From Eledone cirrhosa (taxonomy: Eukaryota): a stretch of 64,000 nt of DNA. The stretch covers positions 156,736,001-156,800,000 of the forward strand of contig OZ024740.1 of NCBI GenBank assembly GCA_964016885.1, written 5' to 3'. Position numbers and translations under genes: made by a program. The notes under the pieces were generated by a model, which ran no database searches, was not told the origin of the DNA, and saw nothing but the letters and a program-made list of their open reading frames with translations. Shown piece after piece: positions 42,598 to 57,799 of this stretch. The stretch's first letter is position 1. Every line of letters begins with the position of its first letter.

Positions 42598-42979
42598 GAG
42601 GGGTAGGAGGGATAGGGAGAAAAGTAAAACAAAAGGCCATGTGTTTCTCGGGTGAAGCGCTATGAGAGTTGTAAGTTTCCTCTCGATAGTGTTGTTGACT
42701 ATCCTTTTAATACTATTCTCCTGCTGAAGTTGAATATCGATCTCTTCCTTTGGCAAAAAGCCACGCATGTATGGACATAGGGTGCAGGAAATATAATCAA
42801 GAACAATGTTATTTTTCACGAGCTAAGATTGGCAAGGAACAAATCTCAACTCCAGAGAAGTTTGAATCATACAAAATGAAGACGTATATAATAACTACAA
42901 TATTCTTCAACACTTTCAACTATACACCTATCTTCGTATAAAGCTGAACATCATTGTTTCTGCTGAATGGCATTATTTC

Positions 42980-43284
42980 TGTTGAGGTTAACTTTGCCTT
43001 TCATCCTTACAGGGTCGATAAAATAAAGTACCAGTAATGTACTGGTTATTGCTGGCCTTGTGCCAATAGTAGAAACAATTATTTCTGCTGAAGGGCGGTA
43101 GATTGGCAGTATCGGTAGAGGGTCGGACGCCATGCTTTCCAGCATAGTTACGTCCCTTTACGATCTGAGTTCCAATCCGGCCGCGGTTAACTTTGCCTTT
43201 CATCCTTATGGGGTCGATAGAATAAAGTACCAGTAATACACTGGGATAATTGCTGGCCAAAAGTGCCAAAAGTAGAAACAATTA
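42980..43284 (+). mobile_element. Tandem SINE family 1 copies (partial + full)
   Basis: Two units separated and flanked by repeated ATTATTTCTG(C/T)TGA. Confidence 0.9.
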
Positions 43285-43420
43285 TTTCTGCTGAAGCAAT
43301 CACAGTTGGCTATCTGATTCTTTTATACAATATGAGTTTTTACGCTTATTAGGTTGGATTGTATTAGCTGAAACAGTTCAGTGACGGGTAAAATACATTA
43401 TTATATTTGACTATGATAAT

Positions 43421-43578
43421 GGGCGGTAGATTGGCAGTATCGGTAGAGCGTCAGAGACCATGCTTTGCAGCATAGAGTTATGGCCCTTTATATTATGATT
43501 TCAAATCCTTACGGGAACGATGAAATAAAGTAATGCACTGGGGTAGTTGCTAACCTTGTACCAAAAGTAGAAACAATT
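43421..43578 (+). mobile_element. SINE family 1 with TSD ATTATTATATTTGACTATG
   Basis: Consensus match with deletions and a duplicated flank. Confidence 0.85.
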
Positions 43579-44203
43579 ATTATATTTGACTATGTCCCTT
43601 TATACGTTTTCAGCTTATGTTTTAATGTTTCCCTTTTTGTAATCTTAACTATTTTTTGGACATTTACATCTGGGTGAGCTAACACTTCAAAGGTATTACC
43701 AGAGCAGATTTTAATCCGATTTTAACCTCGAGAGAGGAAGCGAGAGATAGAAAGAATAATACTCGACTCCAGTACTGGACGGGAACTGTATTTATCGACC
43801 ACGAAATGATAAAGAGCAAATTATAAAGAGAAGGAAGAGAGCCCAAAACAATCCTATAAAGTATTCTATCCGATACACTAATGCGTCTGTCAATCAGTCG
43901 CCTATAAACCGATCATACATTCCAAAATATATATTTAAAATGTAATGAATATTATAATATGCAATTTCTCTAAGTGATTTGTACTCCCCCTCATACATTA
44001 TATGAATTATTTTGCACTTGACTATATATATATATGTTGGTACCCTTGAAATATATATAATAGAAAAAATATGGCTTTATAAATATAGTTTCCATTTATT
44101 TAATATCATTGAATGTTATACTTCAGAAAACTTGTCGAGTGCTCTGAATCAGTTATAAACATTTATATTTTTTAAATTACCAACAAATTGAATATCCCTT
44201 TTG

Positions 44204-44254
<51 letters not shown>

Positions 44255-44256
<2 letters not shown>

Positions 44257-45547
44257 TTCCTTATATGGGAAGATTGTAGTTGTCAAGAGGATTGGTCAAA
44301 ATTTGTAGCAGACACAGAAAAGTCTATCATGGCAGTGGGTGCGGGGTGGAGATGGCTGAACTTGCCTGTAGAACGATAGGGGAGTGGGTAGAGCTGGTCA
44401 AGCGTAGAAGGTGAAATCTTCACGGCGAATTCTAAGGACTGTGTATGAAAGTAGGCCAGAGGAGGTTGGCAAAAAAAGGTTTCTTTAGAAAGTGGAGGAG
44501 GGACGTTATAGAAATAGTAAATCAAAAGTGATTAGGGGACAATGAAAAAATATAATAAAAAAGAATATAATAAAAAATGAGAGAAAGGTGTATCAGAATG
44601 TAAGATTGGAAAGTGAGAAGTGAAATAAAACAAAAACTAAGGAGTCTAACACAGCTGCTATATTTAGTTGGGGCTGCTAATTCGGCCAATGCTATAGAAT
44701 GAGTGCTAGATGAGAATTATTGAAAATTTAGAATTAAAAATTAATACCAAATCTCTGGGGTCTAACACAGCTGCTATGAATAGTTAGTATAGCGTAATCG
44801 GCGAATTCTATCTGTAAGTTACTGGGGTGGTGGTACTGAGGCTAAAGACGCCCGATGGGCAGCCTCGGGGTAGGCGAAAGGTGAAAAAAACAAGGAAACA
44901 AACGAGGAAGAAGTTCGGTGGAGGAAAGAAGTGATATGAGGAGACAAAGGGAAGAAGAAAACATAGAGGAAAAGTAAAGAGGTACATCTACCTATATAAG
45001 GAGGGGTTTTCCCTATCATATTCGGCAAGTGGGGTTTTTCAGCCCTAGTCTAGCCACCCGGATCGTTAGGGGGTTTGAGGGCGAGGTAAGTCTTCCGCAA
45101 TTTGTGTTTGCGTGCAGTTACCAGTTCGTCTTTTTTGTTTAGGAGTTGATCATTCGTAAACAGCATTTGTAATGTTTCCTCCGAGCATAAGTTACACGGA
45201 CGGCATCCTCCCGTGTAAGAGTTAGCTCTGGACAGTAAGCTCCAAGTAAGGTCTTAAAGTCACAAGCGGTTAATCCTATATAGGCTTTGTTGGAGGTGTC
45301 CGTCCTCACGTTGCACTGGTAGATCACGTTACGTTCTCAGCATCTGTTGTTGAGGGGGCACGTAGATCTATCAGGGCAGTTACACTTCCTGGTCGGCTCC
45401 CCACTTGACAACTACAATCTTCCCATAGAAGGAAGTACCCCTTGAAAAGTATTTACCAGACTAAAAAAACTCTTACTTTAGTCCAGAACTAGCCGTCGAT
45501 TCGGCTTGAGCTCTGCCGCCGGGGTCATACTTTCTCCTATTACCCAT
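44255..45547 (-). mobile_element. Second family B PLE copy: 5'-truncated, internally deleted GIY-YIG, 3' UTR, inverted pLTR piece
   Basis: 44255-45405 is homologous to 20703-21890 (CNCPDRSTCPLNNRC, VIYQC, YIGLT). 45405-45547 is an inverted terminal segment. Confidence 0.9.
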
Positions 45548-45608
45548 ATATATATATGTATGTATGTTTGTATGTATGTATGTATGTATGTATGTATGTA
45601 TGTATGTT

Positions 45609-45895
45609 TGAGGGACCACATCAGTGATGTCGAGATTTTGGAAAGCTCTATGTGTGACAGTATAGAAGCTCTTGTGCTTAAGAAACGACTCCGTTGGAGT
45701 GGTCACCTTGCCAGGATGAAGGATTCTAGAATACCAAAACAACTCTTTTATGGAGAGTTGGTTAAAGGAAAATGACCGCCACATAAACCAAAAAAGAGGT
45801 ATAAGGATTCCTTGAAAGCCTCTCTGAAAGACGCTAACATCTCTGCTGATACATGGGAGAATATTGCTGCTGATCGTAATAAATGGAGAAAGACT
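45609..45895 (+). mobile_element. RTE/BovB-like LINE C-terminal fragment
   Basis: RLRWSGHLARMKDSRIPKQLFYGEL..GK*...PKKRYKDSLKASLK...WENIAADRNKWR. Confidence 0.85.
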
Positions 45896-45902
45896 GTATA
45901 TA

Positions 45903-46143
45903 TATAAGAGACGTAAGATAAGAAAATTATAAAATTAACTTACTAAAATATCACTTCCAACTAATTAGTTTCTGATATTTTAGTAAGTAAGTTAATTTTA
46001 TAATTTTCTTATCTTACGTCTCTTATATTATTGTTCTGCAACCCCATGCATTGAACCACAATGTTATTAAGACAAAACCTATATATTTGCTAGCATTGAT
46101 GTGCATTTGTATGTATATATATGTTACTAGATATAAATTCTTT
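45903..46143. mobile_element. Fold-back fragment of family A
   Basis: Arms 45903-45953 and 45973-46027, with a continuation homologous to 20371-20487. Confidence 0.85.
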
Positions 46144-46208
46144 ATTATATATATATATATATATATATATAATTTGCTAGTAGTATTGAATCGTAGTAGA
46201 TTGTATAT

Positions 46209-46396
46209 AACTGTTTCTACTTTTGGCACAAGGCCAGCAATCACTCAGTACATTACTGGTACTTTATTTTATCGACCCCGTAAGGATGAAAAACAAAGTT
46301 AACCTCGACAGGATTTGAACTCAGACCGTAATGAGACGTAGCTATGTTAGAAAGCATGGCGTCTAACCCTCTATCGATACTGCCAATTCACCGCCC
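46209..46396 (-). mobile_element. SINE family 1 with TSD TAGATTGTATATAAC
   Basis: Consensus match with a duplicated flank. Confidence 0.9.
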
Positions 46397-46804
46397 TAGA
46401 TTGTATATAACGTTCATTTGTTTGTTTTGTACGTAACCTCTGAAAGAATTAAGTTTGTTCCAGTTTAAGATTTTAAGGTATGGAAAAGTTGTAAAGTTCA
46501 ATTATAATAAATATAATATTAGATAAATCTAAGAAAAACACAATTTCAAAAATTTAGGAGGGTGGTATTTTTTTACTGTATCAACGCTTGACTTGTTCAT
46601 TATAATGAACAATATAAAATTATTATTTCATCGACTCCCAATGTGCAAAATGTATTTGATAATATTTGAAAAAGTCTAACCAAATGCCAAAAGCATTTTG
46701 TCTGGCCCTCTAAAGATTTTGCTATTCCACTACTTTGTAATATAATAGAATAAGATAATAATAAATATATGAACATAAATATATAATATGATATAATAAG
46801 CAGA

Positions 46805-48912
<2,108 letters not shown>

Positions 48913-49098
48913 ATATAATATATAGTTCAAAATAAAACAAAGACAATCACCGAAATACAATTACACAAATCTTAGTAATTTCTCCATTGTTTGAAAGGAA
49001 AAAAGGAATGTTTCAATGTATATGATCTTAGGCCTTCGACAGCGAATAGTAAAGTAAGGAGAAAGAGGAGGCTGGAAGGTTGTGAAGAAAAGGGCTTA

Positions 49099-49281
49099 TA
49101 ATTGTTTCTACTTTTGGCACAAGGCCAGCAATTACCCAGTGCATTACTGGTACTTTATTTTATCGACCCCGTAAGGATGAAAGGCAAAGTCAACCTCGGC
49201 GGGATTTGAACTCAGATCGTTAAGGGACGTAACTATGCTGGAAAGCATGGCGTCCGACCCTCTACCGAGACTGCCAATCCA
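49099..49281 (-). mobile_element. SINE family 1
   Basis: Consensus match. Confidence 0.9.
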
Positions 49282-50859
49282 ATGATGGGTGAATTGGCGG
49301 GAAAGTAGTGCAGAGTGGCGTTGTCGAGGGGATTGCTGAGCGTCCGGGTCTATTATTTGTGATATTATCTGCATGCGGAGGCGGCGCATTTGGTGAGTGT
49401 GTGTGTTCTTGCTTTTATTACTTGCTTGTGTGTGTTTTAATTAATATTTTATTCGTAAAGGCGGATATGTCTCTGAGGCTATTATTATTGTGTTGTGTAT
49501 ATGTGTATAGTTCGGTCAATGTGTGTCTATTCGGTTCCTTGTGAGTATGTTTTAGTTTGGGTGTTCTTAGTAGCTTGTATGTGTATGTGTATGTTGTGAA
49601 TGTGTGTGTAGTTCGGTCAATGTGTGTCTATTAGGTTCCTTGTTAGTGTGTTTTAGTTTTAATGTTCTGAGTAGCCTGTGTGTGTGTGTATGTGTATGTT
49701 GTGAATGTGCGTGTGTTTGTGCTTGCTGTTATCGGTGATTTTGTGCTTTTTATTATCGGTGTCTTTCTGTGAGCGCCTCAGTGAGTGTGCGGTGATTGTC
49801 TGTGTATGTGTGTGTGTGTGTTTATGTGTGTGTGTATAAGCTTGTGTCTCTATCTGTACGTCGAGGATGGGTGGATGTACTAAATGAGAAGAGATTTTAA
49901 AAGCTTGTATTCCGAAGTTTCCGCCGTTGGATTTCAGAAGTTGAGTTAGGAAATGTTATATGCCAGTGGTAGCTGGTGATGTCTGATTGACGAATATAAA
50001 GGGGAAAAGTGGGTGATGAATGTGAAATAATATGTTTCATAAACTGCAAAGAAATAACAGATTGTCCAGGTTATTATTCTGGCTCTTTACTCCCTAGACG
50101 TTTGATCCACTGATTTCGAACAACATCAAGATTTACACGAAATGTAGGGTGGGAAAAAGCCAAAATGAATTAATACTGGTCACTTGATAGAGGCAAAAAA
50201 AAGAGGCAAAAAAAAAGAAAATATTGGATGATTAGCTATAGAATGCGAATTGTCGAATTAAAACTACACAAAACCTCCTTTTCAATTAATTATATTATAA
50301 CACATTTATCCTTTTGGCAAAAATCATTCATCATGAGATTAGATTTTAGTAGAAAGAAGCTGTTCCTTGGTTAAGATAGCTGATATCTCTCATTTGCAAT
50401 GTCTCTTTCACAGTCTGGCATTAAAAATATCCTCAAACTCATAAAAATAATCTGTTTTTATGTTTTTACCACATTAAATATAACTACAATTTTAAAAAAC
50501 GGACCAGAAAAGAAGAATGAAAAGAATTAACGGATGTTATTTCCAGTATTTAGAAACAAATAATTACTAAGACAATCTACACTGACGCATCTGTGTGGAC
50601 GAAAACAAAATGGTGGATGACGTTTTGATATTGGTTTGATCTTGTGGACGGGGTTTGTGCCAATGACCTTCGCAGGCCATCTTAGGGACGAATAAATCTA
50701 TTCCAGGGTAACTTCATTTCTGGTTTTCATTTCATTTTATATTTCTCTTCCTTCTTACCCCTCCTTTCTATCTACTGCCACCTGATTATGCGTTACCCAG
50801 AGTTTATCCATCTGCATTGTAGAGGCTTCCAAAACAACCATTTACATATATAATATATA

Positions 50860-50969
<110 letters not shown>

Positions 50970-51194
50970 TGTGTGTATGTGTATCTATTAATGAATCCCG
51001 AAGGATGAAAGAGAAAGTAGATCTTGGCAAATGCATATCCTTATTGGTTTGAAACTAAATAACGCAAATAATTTTTGTGACAACCATTTTTTGTGACACT
51101 CTACTAATCTACTAATAATGTGCTTCATAATATTGAAAATATGTTCACATACTAAAGTCATCAGCAATTTCTACACATATGTTTTCATTCCATT

Positions 51195-51300
51195 AATCCC
51201 GCCGAGGTTAACTTTGCCTTTCATCCATACAGAGGTCGATAAAATAAAGTACCAGTAATGTACTGGATAATTACTGGCCTTGTGCCAAAAGTAGAAACAA
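51195..51300 (+). mobile_element. SINE family 1, 3' half
   Basis: Consensus match. Confidence 0.85.
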
Positions 51301-54300
51301 CTATCTATTATTCCAACTGTCAACAGAACCACATTGAAAGAAAAGCACTATTCGCACTATTTTAATTCACACTATGTGTAGAATGTACAAAAATATCTGC
51401 TGTGTATTTGTGATGTAACAGTTAAAGCAATAAATGAAACGCATATTTAATGAAGGCGTAGTTGATATAAACCATAAAAACAGTATCATGCCCGCTGTCC
51501 TTGGATGTGAAACCGGTAAATGAAGAAGAAGAAAAAAAATATGTGAAGGCTAATGATAAGTTATGATATGTTAAAAGCTAGAAGAAAAATAAGGAAGAAG
51601 TATAACTAAATTGTTACAACACAAATTCTGCGAAGTTTTTTCTCCATTCACCTTTGTAAATATTATGTTAGTGCTCGTTTCTTCTATTAGATAAATACAG
51701 CTTCGCGGTTATATAAATAATTTTGTTATTGATATACATTTACTGTTTATATTTATTCATATATTTATTTGATATTGAATTTTTGTGAAAAATACCGACG
51801 ATGCTTGCAGGTTTCCAATAAACCAATCGCATGTAAGATAGGGAGAATGTGAGAATGACAAACACTGCATGGTATTTTTGTTCCAAAGAACCGGTTTACA
51901 TCTATCGGCGATATACAGTAGCATATATTTTCCCTCTACTAAGTTCCACTATCATTCGCCAACACAGGGCTATATTACAAGACATGCAGACATGCAATGT
52001 TTTGAGCAGTGGAATCGAACTCGGAATAACATGGATGCGAGTCACTCTTTACGACTTAACCAATATTGTACCATCAATGATACATGGCAGATGAGAGTAG
52101 TTTGTAACTTATTGAAAGAAATAATTTACATCAACGACTTACGTGTAACTTTTTCTGACCGTAACATTCCATAATCAACGAAATCCCGTTTTAGTGTTAA
52201 TATAATTTAAGTAACGCACTTTATTTTAACTGTAATACTGAAAGAATAAAAAATGTATTCTCATTTTATGGTGCTATTGTAGTTTAAAGCAATGAATTCA
52301 TAACTTCTGACTGCACTTAACGTGTAACCATATGCATTGAAATAATGGAAATTTTGCGTCTTAATCATTAAGCAGTGAGAGGTGTGAAGTTATCAAGAAG
52401 TGTGTAAGCTTATTGTGCTATTTTAAAAACACATCGTATCTCTTTAGAACTTTAAAAAAAAATTCTTCACTGGTTCTCACTAGTCGTTATTTGTGTCCAA
52501 TGACCAAATGCATTTTTATGTCCTTGTCTAATGAAGAAGTCCAGTGCTGATGATATTTTCAGCATCTTCGATAGTGGTAGGATGGTGTAGTTATTGTCAA
52601 ACCTAGCACAAATGCTTACAACTGAGTGAATTCCGCCAAAGGAACTCATGGAACAAGTGGTAGTGTTAAACCAAGTGATGGTTTACCACCTAAAGACAGG
52701 AACAGACATAATTTTCACTAGACTGGGAGAGATTAGAGATGTCCATGGACACCAACTTTTATTCTTAACTAACTTATAGAAAATGTGGAGAAGAGTATCA
52801 AAACATTACAAAATAAAAAAAGAGCGACTTGCCCCAAAGGCTGCTTTCTACGTGTAATTGGAAGTAAAAGGGCAGATAGTTGAAATGCATTGGGGTCTAT
52901 CATACGTTTGATGGGTTAATAAACTCGTCTGTGGAAATTAACTTCTCAAATCAAACCTCATCGGGGTTGCCTTTACTATTCATCATTCGAACACTGGATT
53001 AACATATTGAGGTACATTTAATCGAATAAAATCTCCCCTTAAAGTCTGTGCCCTTGTAGCGATGTCAGATAATATATAGAGCACTGTACATTATCAGGAT
53101 CGGTAACGCCTCATTACATCCGAACTGGGATATTGAGTTTGCATCCGATCTGGGTCAGGTTTACTCACTTATTATCTTGGGGTTGATAATAATCACTAAC
53201 AGTCAAATACTGTGTGCGAGAACCATGAAATTCACTATTTACTTCTGACATTAGAAATTGCAAGTTTATACGCAGCGGACAGTTACAGAGGGTAGTAAGT
53301 CAAGGATGATTCCAACACAGAATCGAAATTATTCAGACAGGTCTCAACGTATCTGTTCACATATATTTATGTGTGTGTGTATAACGTACTATATATATGT
53401 ATGCAGATATATTCTTTAGAACAATATAGCGTTAAATGACTATATCCATTCTTCTAAATACGAGACTTTGTTCCTGTGTTCAATAGATATCACTGCATAA
53501 TATCTATTACATATTTATATACTCTACTGTTATATTCATTCTTGGTTCTGAAACTTCAAGTCAGGTGGTAGTGTTATGATGTCAAGAGGTTTCAGCGATA
53601 AAATATCCCTCACGTCTTCGTGTAAGTCAATATACAAAAAGTCATATAGCAAGAATGCGTGACAGATGTATGTAACAAGAAATGGCGATTTCAATCGAAG
53701 TTATATTTCATGAACAGCGTTCAGAAAAAAATAGAATCTTGTCGCAATGACAGACCTTTATAGCATCGTTATTGTTGCTGCTAATGTTGATGTTATTTTG
53801 TTGCTGCCCTTGGTTTTGTTGATATCCATTGATAAGAGAGAGATGAGCTAATGGAGGTGGAACCTTTCCGACGACGAATGTTCTAATTGTTTGATCAATG
53901 GTAGAGACGGCCCATGAACTTAACGTACAATTAGTTTAACATTCGCCAGACACGTATACATTTACTGTAATTCTTAGGGAGATTCAGTTTGACACATTAT
54001 ACGACAAGGCCGGCTCTTTGAATTATAGATACAATTCATTTTCTCCTGACTGTGTGAAACAATGTCTTGCCCGTGGAACGACGGTAAAACCTGCATAAGC
54101 TCGGGTTGTAACAACAGCAACATAATTATATAGAAACCAACATATTTTACTAACCAGCAAGGGCGTCTGCTAGAAATAGTATCCAAATGTACACTCTTGG
54201 TTTTTCTTTCGTTGTGTCTTTTCTCCTTTTTCTCCACTATTCCAATCCACATGCTTAACCCTCAATTTTCTCGTCTATTTTTCTCCTGTCTTTCTCCTAT

Positions 54301-54323
54301 ATCTTTAATTTTGTCACCATAGG

Positions 54324-54382
54324 GCTGCTGATGATAAACATCATGAGTAGTTTCAAAGACTACTCTGAAATATCTCTCCAGC
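54324..54382 (+). ncRNA. Degenerate hammerhead-like motif
   Basis: GCTG-CTGATGA-(10 unpaired nt)-GAGTAGT/ACTACTC-T-GAAA-TATCTC-TC-CAGC. Stem III is poor. Confidence 0.4.
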
Positions 54383-54585
54383 TCATTGTCTTCCCTCTCT
54401 GCTTTCTCGAACATTCACCCCCTTTCCCTACATATTTCGATATCTCTTTACACAGACACAAGGACATATAGACAGATCTATAATAAAGATCTTTAAACAC
54501 TCAACTAATTGTTACATTTACGTTTATGACAAGGTCGTGTCTCGATTTCAATCTATTCTCTGTAATGATATACTTTTGTTGATAT

Positions 54586-54634
54586 ATGACGATGACGACA
54601 ACGGCCATGAAGTTAATGATGATGGTGATAATGG

Positions 54635-54680
<46 letters not shown>

Positions 54681-55430
54681 AATGGTGGTGATGATGGTGA
54701 TAATGGTGATGATGATGATGGCGATGATGATGATGATGATGATGATGGTTATAATGATGATGATGGTGATGATGGTGATAATGGTGATGATGATGATGGT
54801 GATGATGATGATGATGATGGTTATAATGATGATGATGGTGATGATGATAATGACGACGACGACGACAACAACAACGGCCATGAAGTTAATGATGATGGTG
54901 ATAATGGTGATTATGATGATAATGGTGATGATGATGATGATGATGATGATGAAGATGGTGGATGAGGAGAAGTAGGAAGAGGCGGAGGAGGAGGAGGAAG
55001 AGGAGCAGGAAGACGAGGAGATTGATAACGATGATACTGATGATGATGGTGATAATAGTGTTTGTGATGATGATGATGATGATGATGATGACGATGATGA
55101 TGGTGACGGTGGTGATGATGGTGATCTGCATAAATGTAATGATAATGGCCATAATGACCTCGAAGATAATGATGATGACGATGATGACGACATGGATGAG
55201 GTTCCTACGATATTGATGATGATGATTACATCAACGGCCGCAATGAAGTTGATATGGATGTTATGAGTGTTGATAATTATGAAGCAGATCATGTGGATTA
55301 TAATGGTGAAATTGTTGGCGAAAATGATGATAACAACGATGACTGACGACCGTCATTATATCAATGGTGACTATGATAACAAGAAGATGATGATGGTGAT
55401 AAGATGAGGACGAAAATGGCAAGATGATGA
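54586..55430. repeat. Degenerate (GAT)n low-complexity tract
   Basis: GAT/GGT/GAC triplets with an internal duplication GACAACGGCCATGAAGTTAATGATGATGG at ~54597 and ~54870. Confidence 0.95.
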
Positions 55431-55565
55431 AACAATAGTTGCAACATTTCTTTATTTCTCCCCACTCGTAATAATAGCAATTTCTTTTGTTAAACTTCAT
55501 TTCCCACAATTGTACGGTACATATATACTTACTAAGTACGGACGTACTAATAAGATATTTACAAA

Positions 55566-55706
55566 TAATTGTTTCTACTATTGGCACAAGGCCGATACTA
55601 TTGGCATCTACTATTGGCATTGCCCAGTACATTACTGGTACTTTTATTTTATCGACCCCGTAAGGATTAAAGGCAAAGTTAACCTCGGCGGGATTTGAAC
55701 TCAGAA
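55566..55706 (-). mobile_element. SINE family 1, 5'-truncated, with a small internal duplication
   Basis: Consensus match. Flank duplication AAGATATTTACAAATAAT. Confidence 0.85.
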
Positions 55707-55875
55707 TAAAGATATTTACAAATAATACAAACAAATACTCTCGCATCCCAAATGATAGGGGGAGTTGGAATAAGCTAGAGTTGGTGGGAAAATTGGTATT
55801 TTTTTTTCGAGGTTGTCTCCCTTGATTTAAAAAGAAAACGGCTTGAGCTCTGCCGTCGGGGGTCATACTTTTTCC

Positions 55876-55907
<32 letters not shown>

Positions 55908-55931
55908 TATACACACACACGCATACATACA

Positions 55932-56002
<71 letters not shown>

Positions 56003-56020
56003 GTATATATATATATATAT

Positions 56021-56187
56021 AAGGAATTTATATCTAGTAACATTTATATACACACAGATGCATATCAATGCTAGCAAATATATAGGTTTTGTCTTATTAA
56101 CATTGTGGTTCAATGCATGGGGTTGCAGAACAATAATATGAGAGACGTTTAGTAAGTAAGTTAATTTTATAATTTTCTTATTTTACG

Positions 56188-56197
<10 letters not shown>
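56021..56197. mobile_element. Head-to-head fragment of family A
   Basis: 56021-56148 is the reverse complement of 46015-46143, and 56147-56197 matches 45978-46027. Confidence 0.85.
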
Positions 56198-56282
<85 letters not shown>

Positions 56283-56285
<3 letters not shown>

Positions 56286-56483
56286 CGAAGGAAATGTGGT
56301 AAGGAACCAGGTGGACCATAACGCACCAAAGTACTCAATACTTAGGGTAGTAGAGTGGGTAATAGGAACGAGTAGGACCCCGACGGCTGAGCTCAAGCCG
56401 TTTCGACGGCTAATTCTGGACTAATTTAGTCCAGAATTAGCCATCGAAACGGCTTGAGCTCAGCCGTCGCGGTCCTACTCGTT

Positions 56484-56488
<5 letters not shown>
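56283..56488. mobile_element. Solo fold-back pLTR of family B (a further fragment lies at 55836-55878)
   Basis: Hairpin centred near 56426 with ~60 bp arms and (TA)n flanks. Confidence 0.9.
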
Positions 56489-56532
<44 letters not shown>

Positions 56533-56536
<4 letters not shown>

Positions 56537-56703
56537 ATAATAATAAATTGGAAGACTAAAATCCAAAGAGGGCTCGATAAGGATAAGTATATATCAAAAA
56601 TATCAGAACCGTAGAGCAAATATTTATTAAAATAACTTTTCAGAAGATCCCGTTAAGGGTGAAAGCACCGATTCTTTGCTTAAACTTTAATCTGTTATTT
56701 TAA
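56533..56703 (+). mobile_element. Family C copy, shortest
   Basis: Same termini as the other two copies. Confidence 0.8.
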
Positions 56704-56721
56704 TAAATATATATATATATA

Positions 56722-57726
56722 AAGGGAAAAAATGAAACGAAATTTCATTTCCCACTCTTAGTACGGCTGTTACTTAAATATAAGTATGTACACGTACATA
56801 AATATATGTATACAGACGTACAGTAGTATGTATATATACATACATGCACACATACATATATGTTCGTATGGATTCACCGAACATTTATTATAATGCTCGG
56901 TGTGTTTGTAAACAAACATCCCGTATTAAGCCGTAGTGTCCAGCAACCATCGTTGCTCGTTTGTTCAACACTGACAAAGGAACGCTGTACTAGCTAATAA
57001 GCTTATTAGCTATCGTTAGCAACGTATACCTTCCTGCCAGATTGTTGAACGTATATACTTACCTTATGCATATTAACGGCTGAGTAGCCCAATTTGCATA
57101 TCGAGTGGGTCAATCGGCCGGGTACCTAAAACGATAAACGGAAAAAATGAAACGAAATTTCATTTCCCACTCTTAGTACGGTTGTAATTTAAATATAAGT
57201 AGTACACGTACATACATATATGTATACAGACGTACAGTAGTATGTATATATATATACATACATGCATACGTATACCTATGTACGTATACCTATGTACGTG
57301 TACATACTTATATTTAAGTAACAGCCGTACTAAGAGTGGGAAATGAAATTTCGTTTCCTTTTTTCCGTTTATCGTTTTCGGTGCACCCGGCTGATTACCC
57401 CACTCGATATGCAAATTGGGCTACTCAGCCGTTAATATGCATAAGGTAAGTATATACGTTCAACAATCTGGCAGGAAGGTATACGTTGCTGACGATAGCT
57501 AATAAGCTTGAAACTAGTACAACGTTCCTTTGTCAGTTTTTAACAAACGAGCAACGATGGTTGCTGGACACTACGGCTTAATACGGGATGTTTGTTTACA
57601 AACACACCGAGCATTATAATAAATGTTCGGTGAATCTATACGTACATATATGTATGTGTGCATGTATGTATATATATATACATACTACTGTACGTCTGTA
57701 TACATATATGTATGTCCGTGTACATA

Positions 57727-57732
<6 letters not shown>
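56722..57732. mobile_element. Head-to-head pair of terminally redundant ~415 nt HHR monomers (family D, retrozyme-like)
   Basis: 56725-56848 is repeated at 57140-57267. 57291-57732 is an inverted full monomer that begins and ends with GTGTACATACTTATA. Confidence 0.85.
57483..57525 (+). ncRNA. Type I hammerhead ribozyme motif
   Basis: ACGTTG-CTGACGA-T-AGCT(AATA)AGCT-T-GAAA-CTAG-TA-CAACGT. Confidence 0.9.

Positions 57733-57799
<67 letters not shown>

Noticed and set aside
49282-50030. G/T-rich block possibly encoding a PLE N-terminus
   Set aside because: Only vague similarity (MRRLRMQ), with stops and low complexity. It is not assignable.
52467-52700. Possible host exon on the minus strand with an acceptor-like TTCCTGTCTTTAG
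   Set aside because: All three frames from the acceptor hit early stops, and the 60-aa ORF has no recognisable domain.
54501-55292. Asp-rich, Met-rich or Ile-rich long ORFs
   Set aside because: The (GAT)n tract is open in several frames. There are no splice or domain features, so an acidic protein exon is not supported.
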